Source of the DNA: Eutreptiella sp. 'Long Island Sound 2002'
Taxonomy: Eukaryota; Protista; Euglenida
Direction of reading: 5' to 3'
NCBI GenBank assembly: GCA_964036045.1
Contig: OZ038378.1
Location: 137,826,001 to 137,890,000 of the forward strand
DNA: 64,000 nucleotides
Shown here: piece after piece, positions 35,109 through 44,408 of the stretch
How the letters are laid out: the number at the start of each line of letters is the position of its first letter
Numbering within the stretch: the stretch's first letter is position 1
Made by a program: the position numbers and the translations under genes
The notes under the pieces: model-generated
Databases searched by the model: none
What the model was told of the DNA's origin: nothing
Seen by the model: only the letters and a program-made list of their open reading frames with translations

Positions 35109-35600
35109 ATGCCTGGCCGAAACCGACGTCACCGGCGCCCGCGCCGCCACCGGGGGGGCGTACGACATCGCCGCTCGGCTGCGGCGATGGAGAGGCGGCA
35201 CCTGCGGGCGCAGCGGCAGGCGCAGTACGTGCGGGCCCGCCGTCTGGCGCGTCGGTCTGTTCGCAGGGTGTGGCTGGGGACCCAGGCACGCCTCATCTTC
35301 GACCGGCCCTGCCCAATCGCGGAGGCGCCGGACTTGCTGCGCGACGCCGTGACGGACTTGACGTCCCGGCTTGGTGGTACGGCGCACCAGATGTTCACTG
35401 CCGCGGGGAGTCCCGAGGTCAAGGACGCGGCGGGCCGGCACTTGTGCCGCCACAGATGGCGCATAAGGCCGGGAGGGCGCGAATTGGCCCTGTCCCTTTC
35501 TGCGCACAAGCAGATGGGCGGTAACCGCCCTTGTTTGTGGGTCCAGGGGAACATGTTGTTGGTGCGCCGGGTGGCATATATGTTTAAGGCCTTAGACTGA
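35109..35600 (+). CDS. Arg-rich extra ORF of the YR element, unknown function
   Basis: 163-codon ATG ORF between RT/RH and the 3' repeats; GC-rich DNA makes a spurious ORF possible. Confidence 0.4.
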   Translation: MPGRNRRHRRPRRHRGGVRHRRSAAAMERRHLRAQRQAQYVRARRLARRSVRRVWLGTQARLIFDRPCPIAEAPDLLRDAVTDLTSRLGGTAHQMFTAAGSPEVKDAAGRHLCRHRWRIRPGGRELALSLSAHKQMGGNRPCLWVQGNMLLVRRVAYMFKALD

Positions 35601-35943
35601 GGGGAGTTCGCCAGTGGCGCGAGGTGCCGTGGCTGTCTGCTGCGTGGCGCCTTGCGCCGTGTGGGTGAGCTATGGGGCTGTACAGTACGGGGGCTGGGAT
35701 GCGGTGAGGTGTGCCTGCGCCGGTTCTCAGTGTGGACCGAGTTTTGGTTATGCGATGGTCGGGGGGATCCAGTGTTGTTTCTTGTTCAGGGTATCACCCG
35801 CCCCACGACAGCCTGAGCCCTGACAGTGGTGTTGTTTTCACATGTATCCCCTCGCGCGGATCCTGTCCACCCAGCCCCTCCCAATAAGAAGCATTTCTGT
35901 GTGCGGCGACGTGGTGCTGGCACTTTCACTAAGGAAAGGTAAA

Positions 35944-36065
35944 CCACGAGATGTTTGTCTGCCAGAATTGCTCTTTGCTTGTTGCCTGTGGTAAACTCAC
36001 GGTGCTTGTCACCGTTGGTTTACCTCTACCTCTTCCCCTTTCAGGCAGTGTGTTTTTACTTTCTG
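35944..36065 (+). repeat. Internal B1-A2 junction of the split direct repeats
   Basis: The 52-bp B repeat (also the right terminus) is fused to the 70-bp A repeat (also the left terminus): GGTAAA-CTCACG. Confidence 0.93.
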
Positions 36066-36370
36066 CCCACCCACCCACCCACTTGTGGTGGAAGGCGGGC
36101 TGGTCGTGTCCCGGCCTTGGTGGTGCCCCTGCGCCTGCGCCAGAGTTGGAGGGCTGCCACCCAGCAGCCGTGTGCCGAAGAGCTGAGTGCTTATGGTGGC
36201 CATTGGCCCGCCTTACTCGTGGCAGCAGCAGTGCGCTTCGCATCCGTGTCCAGCATCGAGGGGAGGGAGGGGTCCAAGCCAGACAGACACGGCGTGTGTT
36301 GTGGCACATGAGTCACTGCCACGAGATGTCTGTCTGCCATAATTGCTCTTTGCTTGTTGCCTGTGGTAAA

Positions 36371-38356
36371 CCTGCCCGCTACCGGTTTCTCTGTCTTTTG
36401 CTGACGCACTACGGCGTACGTTTGCCTGCGATGGACTGTTGGGAACCCCACCATGGTCTTTTATGCCGAACGGGGGGGTCACCCATACCAAAGCCGCGAT
36501 GTGTTTTGGAAGGGATAGCCCGACACTATGGCCTTGCAAACCGTACGGGGAGGTAGGTGTAAAAGCCGTTGTACCTTCGCTGGTCTCTTTCCAAACTCCT
36601 ATAGCCATGCGCCATGTGTGTTCGGAAGTGTCAACCTGGAGGAGTGATACGCCGTCTTTTGGTTTATCTACGCATCTCATTGCGAACCTCCTGTCAGAAC
36701 ATGGCACTGGTACTTACGTTGTATTGCTCCCTGTACCATCCTCGGCTATACGACACATGCACCACCTACGGGATAAAGGCCGGGCAACACAAGTGGCGAT
36801 GCAGATTTCTATCAAGCGCTTGCTCCCTTCCCACTGCAAGTCTTTTGCTCAATCCTTCACGACATTGTCCTGCGACTGCTGGGTCGTTTACCCCCCGTGC
36901 AAGCCACCTCCACTGTGCCATGCTACATTTTTTAATTCATTTGCATCGGTTGTGTCTAAGTATGGTGGAACCATTTCAGCACTACCGCCGATGCTACTGA
37001 CCTACCGTGTGCAGTCTAAGGAGTGCAGGGAGTATTCCTCCTGGGTGTACGAGCAGGAAACTGCTTTGCGCGCACACAAACTGCAGGCTAAATGGTGCAC
37101 GAAACGGCGTGTGGTGAGAACCTCTTTCTGATGGGAGGGTGTAGCCCAGTCATATATGACATATGATGTTGTCAATAGGCCTATACACATGTGTAAATCC
37201 GCTTTAGGGCGAAAAATATCCTCATGGACTCAGGTAAACCAGGACGTGTCAATGCTCACGGCTGGGACCTGGATCTATGTCATTTGGTCCCCACACGATA
37301 CCTTTGTGTATATTGGGCAGCGGGTGCCAAATTCTCTGAACGCCATGCGTTCCAGAGAATGGTAGAGCACATACAAGAGGCCCGGGACTGGCGGTTGCTA
37401 CACCGTAACACTAGACGAAAAAACCCATTCTTCGAATGGGTACTGAAACACGGGTTTCATGGGATCCAGCTCTCACTGCTGGCACTCATTCCCCACGGGA
37501 AAGCCGACCTACGAGAGGTCTGGTGGATGCACAGGTTTGCCCGAGCGCTGCTGTTAAACAAATACATCCCTGACCTTCGGGTTCCCAAATGGGCATGGCT
37601 ACTGAAGGTAAACACGTTCAAGAACCACCACGAGAAAAGGGAAAAAATTTCAGCGAAAGCTGAAACACTGCACCGTGCTACCAATTTTCTGCAACCATTG
37701 CGCACGACGCTGTCACTTGCCGAACAACTAAGGTTGGTCGTTGACTCCAGGGAACTTTGCTCTGCAAGCGTTGCAACCCAGGTTTTCACGCGGGCACAGC
37801 GGAATATCCACCGTGAAACAGGGACGAAACTGCCTCGTAAATTTGTGCTGGGTATCCCACTGCTGGACCCTCTAGGAAAACGCGCACTACTGCAGGCAGT
37901 CGTCTCCACGTTCCAGACCAGTACCCAGGTGCCTGCTCTATACCGCGAGTTTTTATGTAAGTCTGTTGTGTGCGTGCGCAAGTCCACCCCATCCGTTATG
38001 TCTGTGTGCCAATCGTATAAGCCGGAACTCACTACAGATGCTTTTGAACGCAAGCTGCGAGATAATTAGTGGCACTGTAACTGTACTGAACTACACGCCA
38101 AGTTTGGCGTTCCACTTGTAAACAGGCATGTTTTTACACGTAATTTCCAATGGCTGAGGCTTCTCTCGCCCGCTTTTGAGCCTGAAGTGTTTGAGCAGAA
38201 CATGAAAAATAGGTTGGTACCATCGTGGAGAGCGGTGTCACACACTCTTGCAAAAGAAGTGAACCGTGCTCTTACCAATCTGCATTTTCTTTCTCCCGCC
38301 TCCCAGGCTACTCTCACGGCCCACATCCTGAACGAAGCCCAAAAAGTGTTTGTCCG
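36371..38356 (+). pseudogene. PLE-C2 ORF2, second segment including GIY-YIG
   Basis: Near-identical to 17325-17820 plus 23184-24676; stops at 37129 and 38067. Confidence 0.88.
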
Positions 38357-38741
38357 TGTACCCTTCGTGAACCGGCCGTTTGAATCCGAGATTCACGGTA
38401 CCGTGAATTTCACCCAAATTAGCTGTGTTTTGCTCGTAACTTGGTGCTATCGTGTGCTTTTGTCGTGCTACCTTCGCCCAAAGTAAGATCCAACAAATAG
38501 GTGCAATTTAGAGGTTTAAAGTCCCCGCATGGTTTAACACATTTGGTGAGATTCGCGTGAATGTGAAATTCACGCACCCAGATTCACGCAGAAATTCACG
38601 GTAGATTCACAGATTCACGAGAATGTGAAATTTGCACGAATTTCGTACGAATTTCGTATGAATTTCGCACAAATTTACCCTCCTTTCCACTCTTTCGCTT
38701 TGTTACAGCTCTCAAAGCCTTCGCATTCTTCTCTTTGAATC

Positions 38742-40603
38742 ATGTCCCAGCAGACTATGTCCCACCTCGCCAGCTCGGCCTCGCGCCCCGAGCCCGCAGC
38801 CGACACCCTCGCCCACTACCAAGCCCTCCCTGTCGCCCACCATCAATTGGAGGAGGCGACGTACGGGTCGGGGGCACTGGGGGTGGATGACGTCGGCTCG
38901 GCAGCCTCCCTCGACCCCTCCCCCGAGGTCATCCACATCGGCATGCGTAGCCCCACCCGCAACTCCTACCTCGGGGGGAGGGAATGGGCCACAACCTTGT
39001 GGAGGGAACTGCGCCGCCAACTCCCCTCCCTTAAATTTCTGCATCTAATCCCTCTCCCCTCCAGTGTTGACCAGCTCCTCAACTCGATGAAGACTAACCC
39101 TGTGGGGAAGCCTAAGGACGTCCACGTCTTGGTGTACCCCACCACTAACCTCGTCCACACCCCCCCCCCCACTGCGATATGGTGTGCCTGCAGGATCTTG
39201 CTGCACGTGCACCGGCAGACCACTCTTTTTTCCCCTTTTCTTGGCACCGTGCCAATTCCCGGTGGTGGGATGATTTGGGCATCGCTTCTATAGCACAACT
39301 TCTTTGCAATGGTACCGTGGTGCCTCATGCGCCCCCCCCTTCATTTCAAGTGAGGCCCCCGTCCGCACCGAACCCGTTCCCGACCCACCTCATGGGGTGA
39401 TGGGCAGCCCTGACCCCAGCCCCGACAGGGTTGGCCCCTCTCAGCAGCCCATCAACTTTATTGATGGGAACGGCTACATTGTGCTTCGGGGGCTTGTGGA
39501 GGCACGGGATTGTGAGGTGGGGTGGAACAAGGTGATGAAGGCGTGGGGCAGCGGCGACGAAAAAGTCGTTGCAAAAAATTTTGAGCTCCTTTTCAACGCC
39601 GCGCGGAGTGAGGAGCAGGCCAAGGATCCTGGGCTCCCCCGGCGTTGGCAAAGCAAGAGCACCTTGGGGTCGGGGGTGGGGGGGCCTCTCTTGAAGAAGT
39701 TCCACCCCCACCTCACCGAAAGTGTCCCTGGGGTTGGGGGCCTCCACCCAATGACGCCGGGCGGCGTCATTGTGGCGAGTGTGGGGAGTGGGCCGCAGCT
39801 CCCCCACACCGACGTCGCCACCCACCCCGAGGTCCTCCCCCCCCACGACAGGGAGGTCTCGGGGTGCCACCTGAGTAGCTTCCTCTGCTTGTCAGAGGAC
39901 TACCAGGTGGCGGTGCAGGCGGGGACGGCCCTGGGGGAGGCGGGGGAGGCGCGCTGGGACGCTGTTGAGCTGCATCGGGGGGACATGCTGCTGATGGTGG
40001 CCACCAGCCGCCATCATGGATTGCCTGCCCTCCCCGACTCCAAGGATGGGCTGCAAGGGGCTCTTTTCAGCTTGTGGACCCCCGACCCCCGACACAAACA
40101 CCACCAGGCCAACACCACACACTTGGACGCCACCCCCCCCAAGAAGGCCCTGGACGTTGCTGGGGATTTGTCCAGCTGGGACTGCCCCAGCGTGGACCAG
40201 GTGTTGTGGGCGGGGAAGGGGGCGGTTGGGACGGTGGGGTTGTGGGAGGGGGATGCAGCCCAGGCCCTCTTCGCCGACCCCCCCCAGACGGTCCCGGCAG
40301 GCCCCCCCCACCTGCCTCTTCCACCCCACCTTCATATCCCGGTTGGCCCCGGCCTCCGACCTCGCCGTCATCGAGGTCGGCGAGTAGTGCATGCTGTTCT
40401 TCGTGGGCAGCGTGCACTAGCTGGAGGTCTGCAAGGGGGACAATGTTGATGCCGAGTCGGAGATCCACTTCGCCATGACCGGCATTGCCCCCCCGGTGCG
40501 GCCGACCACGCTGTGGCACCTGGTGAACACGGTCCCAACGTGGCGGTCGCCCAAGTGAGCGAATACCGGGGCATGGAGCATCACCTGCCCATGCGAGTGC
40601 AAG
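38742..40603 (+). pseudogene. X2 gene A exon 1: N-terminal domain, PhyH-like Fe(II)/2OG dioxygenase domain, C-terminal CPCxC (frameshifts and stops)
   Basis: GYIVLRGL...PQLPHTD...SSFLCLS...LHRGDMLLM...RHHG; HxD at about 39804, distal H at about 40012. Confidence 0.72.
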
Positions 40604-40878
40604 GTGTGCTTGTGTGTTTGCTTTGTTTATTGGCAAATTGGACGAAATTCACGTGAAATTCGTACGAAATTCGTGCGAATTTCGTACGAATTTCGCACCA
40701 ATTTCACGTGAATAAATTTGTGTGAATATTCTGGAAATGTGAAATTCGTACGAAATTCGTACGAATTTCGTACGAATTTCTGTGACGATCGTCCAATTTG
40801 CTCCTTTTGCTCTTGCATTGCCTCGTGTGCACTCCCCCTTTCTCAATTTGTGCCTTGCACACCTCCGCACATCTGCAG
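40604..40878 (+). other. Putative GT-AG phase-0 intron holding a TTCGTACGAA array
   Basis: AAG|GTGTGC ... pyrimidine tract CTGCAG|GTC; removal fuses CPCECK to VPFTAWSP in frame; same arrangement in Z. Confidence 0.75.
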
Positions 40879-41829
40879 GTCCCGTTCACCGCTTGGTCGC
40901 CGGATATTCGGCACCACACCAAGCGCAAGTACAAGCCCCGGCCCCGATTGCCCGAGGAGCACGCCGAGCCCCCCGAAGGCCCCGGTGGCGACCAGCCCGC
41001 AGGCACCGGTGGTGGACGGCCGCCGAGCGAGGCCGGCAGTGTGCGCAGTGAGGGGTCGCGGCGCTCTGGACGTTCGGGACGCAGCGAGGCCAGCACCGCC
41101 ACGGGGCATGTGGCGCGCGAGGTGGTGGTGCCCATGCCGTCCCGCGACGAGTTGGGCGACGCCAACACCGACCCCCCCCTGGACAGGGTCACACTGGCCG
41201 CCAGGCAGCCGGATCCGGCCTTGACCCAGCAGGTGCCGCCCGGGCCCGATGGGCGTCAGCGGCATCTCACTACCGTGTGGGACATTGTGTTGGAGTCCCG
41301 GGGGGTGCAGGGCACCTTCCGCATCTCCTTCCCCTGCCCCATTGTGGTCAGGGGGGGGGCCAACCTGCCTGCGGGGCAGGAGCTGGTGGGCATGTTTGCC
41401 TACCGGCTTGTGAGTGGGCATTGGCGGGTGCAGACCGGGGTGTCGCGGATCGGGGAGGAGGGGACGGTGACCAGGGGTGGGGTTTTTGGGCTGAATGTGC
41501 TCACGGGTTGGGAGCAGCGGAGGCCGGAGTGGGCGGACGTGGCATGGCTTGCCATGCGCGTCCATGTGGGGAGGCAGCGGAAGATGGGGGTGGCTGACGT
41601 CATTGACGTCGAGGAGGACGAACCCCCCACGCGCAAGCGGAAAGGGCGCCCCGAAGGGGACACGCCCCCCCCCCTGTTTGCGATATTTTCTGCGGAACTG
41701 TTTGTATTTTTTTGGGGGTATGCTATGCCCCCTGACGTGTTACACTGCTGGCTGAGTGTCAGCCGGAATGACAACCACTGGATTGGGTGTGTGATAACCC
41801 ATGAGCACCATCCTGAGCTTGCTTTGTGA
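40879..41829 (+). CDS. X2 gene A exon 2, unknown function
   Basis: Open frame; homologous to Z 62142-63000 (GMFAYRLVSGH, VAWLAMRVHVG). Confidence 0.6.
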   Translation, partial: VPFTAWSPDIRHHTKRKYKPRPRLPEEHAEPPEGPGGDQPAGTGGGRPPSEAGSVRSEGSRRSGRSGRSEASTATGHVAREVVVPMPSRDELGDANTDPPLDRVTLAARQPDPALTQQVPPGPDGRQRHLTTVWDIVLESRGVQGTFRISFPCPIVVRGGANLPAGQELVGMFAYRLVSGHWRVQTGVSRIGEEGTVTRGGVFGLNVLTGWEQRRPEWADVAWLAMRVHVGRQRKMGVADVIDVEEDEPPTRKRKGRPEGDTPPPLFAIFSAELFVFFWGYAMPPDVLHCWLSVSRNDNHWIGCVITHEHHPELAL

Positions 41830-42181
41830 GGGTCAACGAGGGCAGAAGGATGAGGCTTCGGCAGAAATTCTGTGACAGTCATGTGAAATTCGTACGAAAT
41901 TCATACGAAATTCGTACGCCATTTGTACGAATTTCGTGCGAATTTCGTGCGAATTTCACATTTTCAGAATATTCACACAATTCTATTCACGTGAAATTCG
42001 CACGAAATTCGCACGAATTTCGTACGAAATTTGTACGAATTTCGTACGATTTTCGTACGAATTTATGTGAATTTCCTCAAATTGCATGCGAATCACAGTA
42101 GAGAGAGTTGTCTGCGGGAGGGGGATGGTAAAAACCTTGCGATGACTGCCTCCCTATTCAACAGGTCTTGTATCTCACACC

Positions 42182-43903
42182 ATGCCGCGGACCAAGGAGC
42201 CATTCCATCTGCTAGCGGATCGTACACGACGGCGGCGCCTACAAGAGCTCCAGCAGGTTGTTACCAAGGAGCTTGCAGCACCCTACACCGTCAAGTACCT
42301 GCCCGACACGGGGCAAATAGTGCTTACCCCCGAAAGAAGAGTTGTAGCCACCGTCCAGCCTGAGCCCACCCTGGAGGAGAGGTTGATTATGGCCGTCTGG
42401 AGGATCCGGTCATTGCACCTCTCTAGGACGGAGTCCCGGTACCTAGTGGGGAGCATGACGTACGGTGTGGCATGGGGCCAGGTGTACGGCATGCTTCGGC
42501 AGCTAGCGTTGCCGGAGTCCCGGGCGTTCACCGCCTATACGGGAGACGACACGGCCATCAATGGTGCGGCCTGCTACCTACCTGACCGCATCAGCCACCT
42601 ATTCAAGTGTTGACCACCCCCACACTCGGACATCATGCAGCCCGGGGACTGACGGCTGCATTGGTTGCCTATTGCGGTGGATGGTACATCGAGGCATGAG
42701 GCCTCGTACGTCCATTGGATGCTTGGTGGCACCGCCAGCCCCAACCAACTATCTAGTTGGTGGCTACTAGCGGGCAGTGAAAAGTGGGAGACCCTCTATG
42801 CGGCCTCCCAGGAAATTGATTTTGATGATGAGTTGCGCAAGGCCGCAACCGTAAGTTTTACGGATACGGCAGGGAATGATAGGCAGTCCCTTTTTTTTCT
42901 GTGTGCAGATGGTAAAGCACAGGTGCTCATGGCGGGCTGCCAAAACTGGAAGGCAGAATCCCCTGGTGCCACTATGTGTTGGGTCTGCATGCGTAACCGT
43001 GCTCTGTGCCTTGCTACCTTTGGCACAGCAAGTGCGATAGACGGCAACTGGGAACCGGCCGTTGCCATAAATGCTATATATAGGACCATTACGAGTGATA
43101 GGCGAGTGCCTGATTATGGCCTCCATGGGGTCCTTCGTGTCCTGTTGTGTGCAGTCAACGGGACACGGGACCTAGTTGTACAATTGACAGGGAAGGCACC
43201 GGCCACTGTGGCACGCACCATGCTGCAACCGGTTCTAGATGAGGCACGGCTTGCTGCACGAACTTGCACCCGTGCGTTATTAAATAATGACAAGGCAAAC
43301 AGCAAGGGGAAGGTGAGGATGGAGTGTGCTGCTGCCATCCATTTCATGCGGAATAGGGGTTGGGAGAAGATAATAGATGCTTGCCTAGAGCAGCCTAGTG
43401 TGAGGCAGCATCAAGTAGGGGGAAAAAGTTGGGAGTCGGTATGCAAAACGTGGTGGGAGAATTTTGCAAGCATGTGTGTCTACGCGTGGCGTTCCGCATG
43501 GTTCTCCGGGGCCGACTTGGGGCGGCTCCGGAACCATAGCATAGCCATGGGCGCTGCCCACAATGAGCTCCAGTGGGGCAAACTTCTGTGGACGCATCTT
43601 TGGATCGACCACATGTATTATTTTGCAAAGAAGTGGAGAATCTTGTCAAAGTTCTCCTGCTTTGCCATGGAGGGAAGTCACCGGAGGCTGAAGCGCATGT
43701 TGCGCAACAGCGGGGGCCTAAGCCTCCTCCGGGGGAGACTAGGGGTGCAAGTGGTTGTGGACAACCACACCATTGACGATAGCCTTTGGTTGCATGGGTG
43801 GGATGCGACCAAAAGGGCTCAACATGGGCAAGGGCTCATAAGTGTGCAAACGTATGCAAGCCGCACAAGAAGACGGCTTCTAACCGACATGCAGCACGTT
43901 TAG
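42182..43903 (+). pseudogene. X2 transposase, RAG1/Transib-CACTA clade DDE (in-frame TGA at 42611 and 42650)
   Basis: KEPFHLLADRTRRRRL; AVDG; CADGK...CWVC; PDYGLH; THLWIDH-X19-E. Confidence 0.82.
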
Positions 43904-44408
43904 ACTCTACAGAGGCGGTTCCGGTGCCGCAAGAGACGGACATGAGATCACCTTACGAACCCAGACCATTGTTGCCTGTGACCGGGGTGCATGCTGGGGG
44001 GCCTACTAGGGGTGTGAGGACAAATCAGGGGGTGCACACCGGTAACATTTGTGTAAAATCACGTGAATTCACGTGAAATTCGTACGAAATTCGTACGAAA
44101 TTCGTGCGGAATTCGTGCGAATTTCGTACGAATTCACGTGAATTCACGGCTGTGAATCGGCTACAGGCTTGCCGGGTTCCGGCGCCTCTCGTTTTGGGCA
44201 CGGTTCGGACATGATGGATGCTTTTGGGGCGGGACTTTCATTGGATGATGCGTAACAAAGCTAGGGGAGGAATTTTGGCCCCTCAAAGCCCTTGGAATGA
44301 ACCAAGAATATGGCATTTTCCCCCAAAAACCTCAAATTTTGGGTAAATTCACGTGAAAATTACGCAATTATTCCAACGGCCACTTAACGGCCGTTCACGA
44401 AGGGTACA

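Larger units (their letters stand above)
30241..36370 (+). mobile_element. Tyrosine-recombinase retrotransposon with split direct repeats and gag-YR-RT/RH order (VIPER/TATE/Ngaro-like), 6130 bp
   Basis: Empty site GG(C/T)ACAT-CCTGCCCG seen at about 17325; A1 30241-30310, B1 35944-35995, A2 35996-36065, B2 36319-36370; no TSD. Confidence 0.92.
38357..44408 (+). mobile_element. X2: two-gene TGTA...TACA DNA transposon (6052 bp)
   Basis: TIR TGTACCCTTCGTGAAC; CG TSD (38355-56, 44409-10) confirmed against the empty site at about 24675. Confidence 0.93.

Noticed and set aside
39100-39210. Ulp1-like protease motif in X2 gene A (VLVYPTTN...W)
   Set aside because: No adjacent HW and no downstream Q/C motif; too weak
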